NCBI GenBank assembly: GCA_045133095.1
Contig: JBGUTP010000004.1
Coordinates: 142,873-206,872, forward strand
Origin: Candidatus Enterousia sp.
GTDB taxonomy: Bacteria; Pseudomonadota; Alphaproteobacteria; Rs-D84
Length of the DNA: 64,000 nucleotides
Reading direction: 5' to 3'
Below the pieces are notes generated by a model. The model had not been told where the DNA came from. It did not search any database and saw nothing but the letters and a program-made list of their open reading frames with translations. Position numbers and translations under genes: made by a program. Positions 27,269 to 36,926 of this stretch are shown here, in pieces; positions within the stretch are counted from its first letter, which is position 1, and every line of letters starts with the position of its first letter.

Positions 27269-27856
27269 ATGTTCACACTTGCACAATTTCCATTACCCTA
27301 TGCGACAGATGCACTGGCACCGTATATTTCCCAGGAAACATTGGAAACGCACCATGGGAAACATGTGGCAACATATATAGATAACCTGAATAAATTGATT
27401 GAAAATACACCATACGAAGAAGTGTCTTTGACAGAAATAATCCGCGACAGCGCAGGCAAACCCAGCGAACAAAAAATCTTTAATAACGCCGCACAGATTT
27501 ATAACCATGACTTTTTCTTTCATGGAATGTGTCCAAAATGCAATGCACCAATTCCAAAAGAAATAATAGATTCTTTTGGCAGCGCGGAAAACTTTAAAGA
27601 ACAATTTAAGTCCGCCGCAACCAGCCTGTTCGGCAGTGGTTACACATGGTTGGTGCGTGACGGAGACAGATTAAAAATTGTAAATACCACTAATGCCGAC
27701 ACGCCAATTGCGCATGACATGAAACCTGTGCTGGCATTGGACGTGTGGGAACATGCGTATTATTTGGACTATAAAAACAAGCGCGCAGATTTTGTTGACT
27801 CGTTCCTGAACAATTTAGTTGATTGGAACTTTGTAGCAGAAAATTTAAAAAACTAA
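27269..27856 (+). CDS. sodB: Fe/Mn superoxide dismutase
   Basis: LPYATDALAPYISQETLETHHGKHV and DVWEHAYYLDYKNKRADFV signatures. Confidence 0.95.
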   Translation: MFTLAQFPLPYATDALAPYISQETLETHHGKHVATYIDNLNKLIENTPYEEVSLTEIIRDSAGKPSEQKIFNNAAQIYNHDFFFHGMCPKCNAPIPKEIIDSFGSAENFKEQFKSAATSLFGSGYTWLVRDGDRLKIVNTTNADTPIAHDMKPVLALDVWEHAYYLDYKNKRADFVDSFLNNLVDWNFVAENLKN

Positions 27857-27886
27857 AAAACGGGGCATACGCCCCGGTTTTTTTAT
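27857..27886. terminator. Rho-independent terminator (bidirectional, sodB / proS)
   Basis: cggggcatacgccccg followed by TTTTTTTTT, with an A-run before it. Confidence 0.7.
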
Positions 27887-29163
27887 TTGCCAAGCAATTT
27901 TAATATCGCATCTGCCGTCTCGGACATATAAGTATCTAGACCAAAAGATGTCTTCATCTGTGATGTATCAAAATCGTTGACACGGTACTTAACTTCTATA
28001 GCATTATTTGCCAGATTCTTGGATGACACAATCAGTCTAATTGGAGCAGCAATCAAATCAGCATCCGCAAATTTTTCACCCGCACGCGCGTCGCGATTGT
28101 CCAACAATGTTTCTATGCCGGCGGCACGCAGGTTCTGATAGATTTCTTGTGCCAGCGGCAAGGTCCGACCGTCTTTGTCTGGCAATCCGATTACCTCGAC
28201 CGCAAATGGCGCAGTTGCCATATTCCAAATCGGTCCCTTGTCATCGGCACTTTCTTCCATGATGGCAGCCATCGTACGCCCAACACCAATACCATAACAA
28301 CCCATGATTGGATGGCGCAATTCGCCATCTGCGGTTGTGTATGTCAAATCCATTGAGTCTGAATATTTTGTACCCAATTGGAAAATATTACCAATTTCAA
28401 TGCCACGAACTTTGTTCATTTTTTTGCCGCATTTTGGACACGTTTCCGTTTCTTCGTCAATCAACTCTTTGTTTGTCTTGAACCCGCAATCACACAGGAA
28501 AATCGTGTCTTCGCCCATATCGTTGACCAATTGGAATTCGTGGGCAACACTGCCCCCCATATCACCAGTTGACGATAAAACACTGACCACATTTTTCAGA
28601 CCACAGCGCGCAAAAATACGTTCGTACGCCCCGTGACAACGGTTATAATACTGTTCCAAATCAGATTGTGTTTCATGGAACGAATAAGCATCTTTCATAA
28701 TAAATTCACGAGTACGAATTAACCCTGCACGAGCGCGCAATTCGTCACGGAATTTAGTCTGAATTTGATAAACCATAAAAGGCATTTGACGATATGTTTC
28801 CAATACAGATTTTACATAATCAACAACAACTTCTTCATGGGTTGGATTCAACACATAATCCGTACCAGAACGCCCCTTGAACTTTGCCAGGACATCAACC
28901 GTGTCGTAACGACCACTTTCACGCCAGATATCAGCACCAGATACAACAGGCATCAAAATCTCCTGACCGTCAATAGCGTCCATTTCACTGCGAATGATAT
29001 TTTCAATATTACGCACAACACGCCATCCCAATGGCGACAAGGTATAGCCGCCTTGAAACGTTTGATAAATATAACCACCTTTAATCGCCATCTTGTGACC
29101 ATGCGTTGTTGCACCCGCAACATCACCGATTAAACGGCGAACACATAAATTTTCTATTTTCAT
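27883..29163 (-). CDS. proS: Prolyl-tRNA synthetase (short bacterial type without editing domain)
   Basis: Class II aaRS motifs (FRDE, GLIRTREF, DAYSFH) and ProRS anticodon-binding C-terminus. Contains CDCG...CPKCG zinc-ribbon insertion. Confidence 0.9.
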   Translation of the reverse strand: MKIENLCVRRLIGDVAGATTHGHKMAIKGGYIYQTFQGGYTLSPLGWRVVRNIENIIRSEMDAIDGQEILMPVVSGADIWRESGRYDTVDVLAKFKGRSGTDYVLNPTHEEVVVDYVKSVLETYRQMPFMVYQIQTKFRDELRARAGLIRTREFIMKDAYSFHETQSDLEQYYNRCHGAYERIFARCGLKNVVSVLSSTGDMGGSVAHEFQLVNDMGEDTIFLCDCGFKTNKELIDEETETCPKCGKKMNKVRGIEIGNIFQLGTKYSDSMDLTYTTADGELRHPIMGCYGIGVGRTMAAIMEESADDKGPIWNMATAPFAVEVIGLPDKDGRTLPLAQEIYQNLRAAGIETLLDNRDARAGEKFADADLIAAPIRLIVSSKNLANNAIEVKYRVNDFDTSQMKTSFGLDTYMSETADAILKLLGK

Positions 29164-29185
29164 CTTTTCTTATCTCTTTTAGTTT

Positions 29186-30007
29186 TTATTTTTTATCTTT
29201 TAATTCCATGTATTTTGCCGATACGATTTTTTGCAGAACATCGGCAATCTGCTTTCTGTCCATACCCGCCAAGGGCGGTGGTGGCAGCAATGTAATTTCA
29301 ACAGTAAATCCACCCAGCATCATTATATGAAAAACTTGACCAAAAGCACTGCGTTCACGCTTGCATTTTGGACCCATATCCATCTTTTTGTTGTCAAAAT
29401 ACGCAAAGTGGTCCGCAAGCGTTTGTTCGTCAATCACGCTGCCATCCTTATAACGATAGTGCATTGCCATGGGTTGCACCGTCACGTTCGAATTTTCAAC
29501 AAAGTTAAACAGTGTACTTTTAAACGGTTTTACATACGCACCGTTTGTCGTGGTTCCTTCTGGGAACAGTATCATTGGGTATTTTACAGTTTGTACCGTT
29601 TTTTGCACAACAGACAGCGCATCACGCGCATGTGACGGACGACGGTCAACAAATATCACACCAAACTTTTTTGCAACCCAACCAACCAATGGCCAATTTT
29701 CCATTTCTTTCTTGGCAATAAAACTGCCGCGAAAAACCGATGGAAATGTTGCAATTTCAAATACGGAAATGTGATTCGATACTATCATCAAAGGGCGCGC
29801 ATCAGACAGTTTTCCATGCACAACAACACGAACCCCTGACAACTTAACCAATATCCACATAAAGACACGCATATAGCGCACAGACAAATCACCGCGCGGT
29901 ATCAACAGGATAATCGGCAATTGCACCACAACCATAACCCAGAACAGCAAAAACTTAATCGCCGCGGTCGTTGTATTGAAAAGATTTTGTTTACGTAATT
30001 TTGCCAT
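29186..30007 (-). CDS. olsA: Lysophospholipid acyltransferase (PlsC family); likely ornithine-lipid O-acyltransferase OlsA
   Basis: LPLAT motifs VSNHIS (motif I) and FPEGTTTNG (motif III). It lies immediately downstream of an OlsB-like gene. Confidence 0.7.
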   Translation of the reverse strand: MAKLRKQNLFNTTTAAIKFLLFWVMVVVQLPIILLIPRGDLSVRYMRVFMWILVKLSGVRVVVHGKLSDARPLMIVSNHISVFEIATFPSVFRGSFIAKKEMENWPLVGWVAKKFGVIFVDRRPSHARDALSVVQKTVQTVKYPMILFPEGTTTNGAYVKPFKSTLFNFVENSNVTVQPMAMHYRYKDGSVIDEQTLADHFAYFDNKKMDMGPKCKRERSAFGQVFHIMMLGGFTVEITLLPPPPLAGMDRKQIADVLQKIVSAKYMELKDKK

Positions 30008-30010
30008 TTT

Positions 30011-30970
30011 TTATTCTTCTGTTTCAGATTTATCATTATCTTCAATGTATTCTGCATCGTCCGCATCTTCGCGAAGCAAGAATTCAACAAATGCACGAAC
30101 AACCTTAAACGGACCCACAACAGGGAACGTCATGATTTTTCCAACCGTTTTAAAAATATGTTCTTTGTCGTCTTCGGGTGCGCCCAGTGCATTTTCACGC
30201 CCCAAAAAATGCTTTTGATACGCAGCATCCATCTTGCGCGTTTCAATCATAACAAAGACGTCATACGAATTAAATGGTGCATCCACAAATACCCCCTTGC
30301 CAAAGGTGGCACCCAGGCGCAAATACCCCTTAATCAAAGGCGTCATTTCAGCCTTGGCATCCGCCGCATCAACAAATTCACGTGGTAAAATATTCATGCG
30401 CGACAGTTTTGGATTAACACCGTCCGAGAAATTTTCAGGCAGAACCGTTGCACGCAGGCGCAATGGTGTCAAATGATTGTAATACAGATATGATATAGCC
30501 TGGGCAGAACGTGCAGGTTTTGTACCAACAAATGATGCAACACCAAAAACGACACCAATCTTGCGACGGACAATCAATTCGCCCAACCCCGCCCATAACA
30601 TTCGCATTACCAACGCGTTTTCACGATAACTTGGTTCAACGCATGCACGTGACAATTCCGCAATATTGCCGCGATACTTTTTAATCTTGGATATATTAAA
30701 TTCGCCTTCGGTATAAAAACCACCCATTTTTTCCGCAGCGTTACGGTCAATAATTCGATAAGTACCAACAACGCGCCCCTGATGAAAAACCGCCATGTAT
30801 TCGGCAAACTTATCATGCGAGTCATATTCTTCACACAAGGCGTGCTGTTCCGCGGTGGCGGCGGCACCCTCTTCCTGGACAAAAACACGATAGCGCAATT
30901 GGCGCACCTGTTTTCTTTCTTCTTTGTTTCTGGTCAACCGGACTTCGTAATCACGGATTTTAATAGCCAT
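30011..30970 (-). CDS. olsB: Hemolysin-like GNAT N-acyltransferase; likely ornithine N-acyltransferase OlsB
   Basis: The Met at 30970 gives MAIKIRDYEVRLTRNKEERKQVRQLRYRVFVQEEG..., matching the OlsB-family N-terminus. The olsB-olsA order matches alphaproteobacteria. Confidence 0.65.
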   Translation of the reverse strand: MAIKIRDYEVRLTRNKEERKQVRQLRYRVFVQEEGAAATAEQHALCEEYDSHDKFAEYMAVFHQGRVVGTYRIIDRNAAEKMGGFYTEGEFNISKIKKYRGNIAELSRACVEPSYRENALVMRMLWAGLGELIVRRKIGVVFGVASFVGTKPARSAQAISYLYYNHLTPLRLRATVLPENFSDGVNPKLSRMNILPREFVDAADAKAEMTPLIKGYLRLGATFGKGVFVDAPFNSYDVFVMIETRKMDAAYQKHFLGRENALGAPEDDKEHIFKTVGKIMTFPVVGPFKVVRAFVEFLLREDADDAEYIEDNDKSETEE

Positions 30971-31063
30971 AAATATATCCTTTATAAAATCTATACAGGA
31001 AAGAATAGCAAACAAACACCCAATATTCAATAATAAAAAAACGCGCCGTTGGGCGCGCAGGTT

Positions 31064-32107
31064 TTATTTTATCTGGTCGGCAAGGTCCGCAATGGCTATG
31101 GCATACCAGTTCGAATTATTCCACTTTTTTATACGATAAAAATTCGGATATGTTAAATAGGCAGTTATAACTGGCGCAGGGGCAACGTCATAGTCCGCTT
31201 CTATTTCACCGCCAGTTGATTGAACGCGGGATACAGACGACGTATCCGCAACCAAACCCGCAATCATGTCATTGGTCGGAATCGGCGAACCATCGGTGTT
31301 CAAAACACCCAACGCCGCCCATTCAGGTAAAGTTTTTTTGGTCTTGCCATCTAATAAAGACAAGTCAAAATCCGCAGGCAAAATAACACGACGAGCAATA
31401 CGCTGATTCTTGTCCCAGCCAAGTTTGCCCAAATAGTTCCCGGCACTGAACATAGCATCACCAATGTTGTTTATGATATCAACCCGACCATCACCATCGC
31501 CGTCAACGCCATATTGGGCAAGAGTTGTTGGAATAAACTGAAAATGCCCCATAGCACCCGCCCATGAACCATAGATATTATTAATATCCAGTCTGTTTTT
31601 ATCCGCGGTTTTCATCAAAGAAATTAACTGGTTTGTAAAAAACGTTTCGCGACGCCCATCGTACATCAATGTTAAAAAAGCATCTGTTAGTTTGTGCCTG
31701 GATTTAACAGCACCGTAATTAGATTCCATCCCCCAAAACGCCAAAATTACATGTGGTGGCACACCATGGGCTTTTTCAACACGCGACAGCATTGTTGGAT
31801 ACTTTGAACGCATTTGTCGCCCCTGCTTTATGCGTGCGGCGGTAACGGTACGATTTAAATAATCATCTAAAGTCAATTTAAATTCAGACTGATTTTTATC
31901 ACTTTTTACAATTGATGGAATAAAGGCAGGCGAACGCAAAGTGTCTTTTATCATTTCCTGGGAAATATTTTCAGATGCGGCACGCGAACGAACACCGTCC
32001 AAGATGCCGTACCAACGGTCTATGTCAAACGTTCCGGAATCCGCAAACGATACCATCGGCGCATACAGCGCAAACATAAGCAAGCACATTCTTAGAACAT
32101 GTGACAT
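31064..32107 (-). CDS. mltB: Lytic murein transglycosylase (MltB/SLT_2 family)
   Basis: Signal peptide. HVILAFWGMESNYG catalytic Glu motif. Confidence 0.8.
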   Translation of the reverse strand: MSHVLRMCLLMFALYAPMVSFADSGTFDIDRWYGILDGVRSRAASENISQEMIKDTLRSPAFIPSIVKSDKNQSEFKLTLDDYLNRTVTAARIKQGRQMRSKYPTMLSRVEKAHGVPPHVILAFWGMESNYGAVKSRHKLTDAFLTLMYDGRRETFFTNQLISLMKTADKNRLDINNIYGSWAGAMGHFQFIPTTLAQYGVDGDGDGRVDIINNIGDAMFSAGNYLGKLGWDKNQRIARRVILPADFDLSLLDGKTKKTLPEWAALGVLNTDGSPIPTNDMIAGLVADTSSVSRVQSTGGEIEADYDVAPAPVITAYLTYPNFYRIKKWNNSNWYAIAIADLADQIK

Positions 32108-32141
32108 TTTAGTTCCCCTTGGTTATAAATAATTTGTGGTT

Positions 32142-33662
32142 TTAAAACGCGTATTTCAGACCAATATGCAACCCAAATGATTGCCAGGTGGCACGTTTCA
32201 AAGAATCATTTACTTTTTCCGTGTGCGCAGCGACGGTTTCAAGCAGCGGCACATAATAAACATTACCAAATTCGTCGTAAACTTCCTGCATCACATATTG
32301 ACCGTTTTCATCAATGACGTACTGACTGTATTCTGCAACATATAATTCCCCAGGAATCTTGCCAACGTGGAATAAATTTGTATCAATCTTAAGTGACAAT
32401 TGCATTCTGTCGGAAACCTTGTAATTATATTCCATTTCCGCCGCATAAGAATATGAACCATTGCTGCCTTCGTCCAGGAAACTGGGGTTTTGTTGCCAGT
32501 CGGTACGATTTGGCCAGATGCCTTCGGATGAATACTTTGGCAAGCCAACCTGCATATACAAACGCAATTTATCCTTAAGTGTCATTTGCTTTTCAATTTC
32601 CAGACCAACAAAGAATCCAGACCATGTTGTATTGTAGATGTGGGTTGTGCCTTCTACTATGACAGGACCATCACCACCGATAATTACGCATTCGCCAGCA
32701 CTGACCCCCCATGGAACCGTACCCATTTCAATTGTATAATCACCAGTCACCAAGGAATCACCCAAAATGGGAAAACCGCCATAATAACCAGATGCAGAAT
32801 TTGTTACAACCTTAATATCTTCGGGCGACATGCAGACCTGATACCATTCTTCGGGTGCAGTCGTGCCAACAGGCACACCATAATAGTTCCCCAGTTCATC
32901 ACCAAAAACATATTCACCCTTGTCTGTCATCAATGGCAAATACACCCCAGGATTTGGATAGTAATGATTTGCCATTTCCAAATTATGCTTAAATATTTCA
33001 TAACCAAACGTTGGCGACAACTTCCACCCGCCAATATCCCATATGTGATGCGCAGAAATACCAAAACGGAAATAATTACTGCGCCCTGATTGATCGCCGG
33101 TGGATATTGTGAAAATACCGTATTCCGGATAGGCAGCATCAAACGGCTTTAGGTCATAGTCCATAGACAAACCACCATGCGACATATCACCGTACGCATA
33201 TTCGCCATAGATAGATAAATCAAAAGAACGCAAACTGAAATTATGACGGGCACCAACACGAATTTCATTCCATATCATGTCATCCCATTCAAGAATAGAG
33301 TTCACACCAGTTTCAAATTCAAAATCCGCAAAACGACGTGAATAGCCCGCATAGATTGATGTCGCAGGTTCTGATTCAGCCGGAACCGCAATACCATTCG
33401 GGGTCATTGTACCAGTAAATACAGGTGCCTGAACCTGGGGACGCGGTACCTGATATGAATAAGTGCGGGAACCAACAACCTGTTTATTGCCAGATTTACC
33501 AACATACTTGGTATATCCCTGGTCGGCATACTGACCATAAGACAACTGATTTGCGTTGGGGGCGGATTCTGTTTGATAATACGATGGAACACCTTCGTTC
33601 GCAGCCAAAGCCGCTAAAGGTGCAAAAATCCCCGATAAAAATGAAATCGCCTTTGCCTTCAT
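32142..33662 (-). CDS. Outer-membrane beta-barrel protein (unknown family)
   Basis: The internal Met gives signal peptide MKAKAISFLSGIFAPLAALAA. The C-terminus ...GLHIGLKYAF has the aromatic terminal residue typical of OMPs. Confidence 0.5.
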   Translation of the reverse strand: MKAKAISFLSGIFAPLAALAANEGVPSYYQTESAPNANQLSYGQYADQGYTKYVGKSGNKQVVGSRTYSYQVPRPQVQAPVFTGTMTPNGIAVPAESEPATSIYAGYSRRFADFEFETGVNSILEWDDMIWNEIRVGARHNFSLRSFDLSIYGEYAYGDMSHGGLSMDYDLKPFDAAYPEYGIFTISTGDQSGRSNYFRFGISAHHIWDIGGWKLSPTFGYEIFKHNLEMANHYYPNPGVYLPLMTDKGEYVFGDELGNYYGVPVGTTAPEEWYQVCMSPEDIKVVTNSASGYYGGFPILGDSLVTGDYTIEMGTVPWGVSAGECVIIGGDGPVIVEGTTHIYNTTWSGFFVGLEIEKQMTLKDKLRLYMQVGLPKYSSEGIWPNRTDWQQNPSFLDEGSNGSYSYAAEMEYNYKVSDRMQLSLKIDTNLFHVGKIPGELYVAEYSQYVIDENGQYVMQEVYDEFGNVYYVPLLETVAAHTEKVNDSLKRATWQSFGLHIGLKYAF

Positions 33663-33764
33663 CGTATTTGATACTGTGTGTATTATATCACAAAATAGAA
33701 ACCATGAAAAGCGTTTTAATTTATCTCTTGCCAGAATAAATTCTGGCTGTAAAATGTAGGCAAT

Positions 33765-34823
33765 ATGAAAAGTACACCACACAACATTTATATTCATGTT
33801 CCCTATTGCATGTCAAAGTGCAATTATTGTGCGTTCTTTTCACAGGCATGCGCCAGACCAGATTGGGAAACATATACCGATAACGTATGCCGGGAAATTA
33901 AATATTGGGGACAAAGACTTAATCATCCACAGGTACCAACGATTTTTTTTGGCGGGGGAACACCGTCACTTATACCAACCGAACATTTCCATCAGATAAT
34001 CAAAACAGCAAATGATTGTTTTACCCTGAATAAAAACGCAGAAATCACATTGGAATCTAACCCAGGAACGCTGAGTTATGAAAAACTTGCGGAATTTAAG
34101 CATGGCGGTGTAAACAGACTTAGCGTAGGCGTGCAAAGATTAAATAACAATGAATTAAATTTTATGGGACGCAAACATACCGTCGATGACGCAACGCGAC
34201 TGATTCATACCGCCCAGGACATGCACCTTAATGTTTCGGCGGACTTTATTTACGGAATCCCCGGCGACACAACAAAATCTGTTTTACAAATATGCCAATG
34301 GATTAACGACATTGGAATCCAACATTGTTCTTTGTACGAGTTGACAATAGAACCCAATAGCGCGTTTGGCAAAATGAACCTGAACATGCCCAGCAACGAT
34401 GAAATGGCGCAGATGTACATGGCAATCGAAGATGGATTGCGCCTGAATAAATATGAAGTTTCAAATTATGCGGCATATGGCGCCGAATGCAAACACAATC
34501 AAAATATTTGGGATGGGGGCGCATATATCGGCATTGGGCGTGGTGGCGCGGGGCGCGTTTTCCAGGACAACGTTTGGTACGAACAGATGGGGAATAACGA
34601 ACTGATGCAGGCAATGGACGACACTGCGCGCGCAACAGAAAAAGTTATCATGGGACTTAGAACCATACGCGGTTGTCAATTGACAGACGACGTCAAAAGC
34701 GTTATTGATATAGACTGGATAGGCGCACACCCAGAACTGATTCAAATACACGACGGACGGTTGCGCGCAACCAAGATGGGAATGCTAGTCCTTGACGAAG
34801 TAACTTTGAAAACGGTGAAGTAA
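33765..34823 (+). CDS. hemW: Radical SAM heme chaperone HemW (HemN-like)
   Basis: YIHVPYCMSKCNYCAF with CxxxCxxC at the HemW/HemN position, and GGGTPS. Confidence 0.85.
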   Translation: MKSTPHNIYIHVPYCMSKCNYCAFFSQACARPDWETYTDNVCREIKYWGQRLNHPQVPTIFFGGGTPSLIPTEHFHQIIKTANDCFTLNKNAEITLESNPGTLSYEKLAEFKHGGVNRLSVGVQRLNNNELNFMGRKHTVDDATRLIHTAQDMHLNVSADFIYGIPGDTTKSVLQICQWINDIGIQHCSLYELTIEPNSAFGKMNLNMPSNDEMAQMYMAIEDGLRLNKYEVSNYAAYGAECKHNQNIWDGGAYIGIGRGGAGRVFQDNVWYEQMGNNELMQAMDDTARATEKVIMGLRTIRGCQLTDDVKSVIDIDWIGAHPELIQIHDGRLRATKMGMLVLDEVTLKTVK

Positions 34824-34824
34824 A

Positions 34825-36807
34825 ATGGAAAGCAAATTTTGGAATTTTATCGGAATTGTCGCAGTGGTTATATCTGTGATTTGGGCGTATAATTCAACAA
34901 AGGAGAAAGTAGTGAACGCAGGAATAAAATTTGAAAACATGAATTCGTCAGTACGCGCCGGCGACGACTTTTACACATTTGCAAATGGCGGTTGGATGGT
35001 CAAGAACCCTATTCCAGATGACTATGCGCGATACGGCGCGTTCGAAGTTCTGCGCAATACCAACCTGGAACGAACACGCGACATCGCACAAAAAGACGAC
35101 GGCAAGATTGGCACACTGTATGAAATTGCAATGGACGAAAAAAAATTAAACGCCGACGGCACAAAACCTGTTGCGCCACAATTAGCACAAATCGATAATT
35201 TAACACGCCAGGATTTGCCGCAATACCTTGGACAAATGCACAAATATGCCAGTGCCTTTTGGGGCGACGGCGTGGCATTAGACGAAATGGACAGCGAACA
35301 CTTTCTGTATAACATAGGTCAAGGCGGACTGGGGTTGTCGCGTGACTATTATTTTGACACAGACGCCAAGTCAATTGAAGTGCGCAAAAAATATAAAGAA
35401 TTTATCGCAAAGCAAATGGAAAACTTTGGTATCAATGTGGACGCAGATAAACTGTACGCAATGGAAGAAAGAATGGCAAAATCGTTCTATCCAAAAGAAA
35501 AACTGCGCGACCCACATGCAAATTATCACAAAATGAGCATTGATGAAATTAAAGAAAAATTTAAAGGCTTTGATTGGGATACGTACCTAGATTCACGTGG
35601 CGCAAAGGCAGCAGAATTTATCAATATCGCACAACCAGAAGCAATCGCAGAATCAATCGCTATTATGAACGATACTGATTTCGAATTGATAAAAACATAT
35701 TTGAAATACAGAATCGTCAGTGCCGCAGACACAGTTTTGGACGACAAAACATACGATATATCATTCGACTTTTACAACCGCACAATGGCAGGTCAAAAAG
35801 AACCTAAGCCGCGGTGGAAACGCGCAGTTGCAATGATTGACGGTTCACTGGGCGAAGAAGTTGGAAGACTGTATGTCAAAGAATACTTTTCAAAAGACGC
35901 CAAAGAACGCATGCAAACATTGGTAAAAAATTTACAACGTGCGTACGCGGGACGTATTGAAAACCTGGATTGGATGTCAAAAGAAACCAAGGAAAAAGCA
36001 CTGGAAAAACTTAGCACCTTTAAGGCAAAAATCGGATATCCAGATAAATGGCGCGATTATGACAAACTTGAAATCAAAAAAGATTCACTGTGGGAAAATA
36101 TGATGCGCGTTTCCGCGTTCGAAGATAAATTTTGGATGGATAAAATTGGCAAAAAGAAAGACCCAACAATCTGGTATATGAACGCACACGAAGTTAATGC
36201 ATATTACGACCCATCAACGAATGAGATTTGCTTTCCAGCAGGAATTTTGCAATACCCATTCTTTGACATGAATGCAGACGACGCATTTAACTATGGCGCA
36301 ATTGGCGCGGTCATCGGTCACGAAATGACACACGGCTTTGATGATTCTGGACGACATTTTGACAAGGATGGAAACATGAAAGACTGGTGGACAGCCGAAG
36401 ACGCAAAGGGCTTTGAAGAACGCGCAAATGTCATGGTCGAATACTTTAATCAAATCAAAATCAACAATGAAGTAAATGCGAACGGTAAATTTACACTGGG
36501 TGAAAACTTGGCGGATTATGGTGGCGTTACCATTGCGTTTGATGCGTATAAAAAATTTGGTACACCAACCCCAGATGCCAATGGATTCAGTTCCGACATG
36601 CGCTTCTTTTTAGCATACGCCGGCGCATGGGCGCAAAACATTCGCAGCGACGAAGAATTACGCCTGACCAAGGTTGATGAACATTCGCTGGGGAAGAATC
36701 GCGTCAATGGCATATTGCCACACATTAACGCCTGGTACGATGCGTTTAATATACAAGCAGATGACAAGATGTATCTGCTGGTCGGGGAACGCGTGAAGTT
36801 GTGGTAA
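34825..36807 (+). CDS. pepO: M13-family zinc metalloendopeptidase (PepO/neprilysin-like)
   Basis: VIGHEMTHGFD (HExxH), GENLADYGG, NAYYDPSTNEI. An N-terminal TM anchor is present. Confidence 0.9.
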   Translation: MESKFWNFIGIVAVVISVIWAYNSTKEKVVNAGIKFENMNSSVRAGDDFYTFANGGWMVKNPIPDDYARYGAFEVLRNTNLERTRDIAQKDDGKIGTLYEIAMDEKKLNADGTKPVAPQLAQIDNLTRQDLPQYLGQMHKYASAFWGDGVALDEMDSEHFLYNIGQGGLGLSRDYYFDTDAKSIEVRKKYKEFIAKQMENFGINVDADKLYAMEERMAKSFYPKEKLRDPHANYHKMSIDEIKEKFKGFDWDTYLDSRGAKAAEFINIAQPEAIAESIAIMNDTDFELIKTYLKYRIVSAADTVLDDKTYDISFDFYNRTMAGQKEPKPRWKRAVAMIDGSLGEEVGRLYVKEYFSKDAKERMQTLVKNLQRAYAGRIENLDWMSKETKEKALEKLSTFKAKIGYPDKWRDYDKLEIKKDSLWENMMRVSAFEDKFWMDKIGKKKDPTIWYMNAHEVNAYYDPSTNEICFPAGILQYPFFDMNADDAFNYGAIGAVIGHEMTHGFDDSGRHFDKDGNMKDWWTAEDAKGFEERANVMVEYFNQIKINNEVNANGKFTLGENLADYGGVTIAFDAYKKFGTPTPDANGFSSDMRFFLAYAGAWAQNIRSDEELRLTKVDEHSLGKNRVNGILPHINAWYDAFNIQADDKMYLLVGERVKLW

Positions 36808-36841
36808 AAAACACCCCCTTGCCATAAGGGGGATTTTTTTC
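36808..36841 (+). terminator. Rho-independent terminator
   Basis: cccccttgccataaggggg followed by TTTTTTTT. Confidence 0.7.
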
Positions 36842-36879
36842 GTTGTTACTAAGAAACATACGAAATAAAGTATTGAAAA

Positions 36880-36912
36880 ACAAAAAAACACCCCATACAA
36901 ACGCATGGGGCA
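36880..36912 (-). terminator. Rho-independent terminator for minus-strand gene
   Basis: ccccatgcgtttgtatgggg hairpin with a U-run on the minus strand. Confidence 0.6.
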
Positions 36913-36926
36913 TTTTAATTGTTTTA

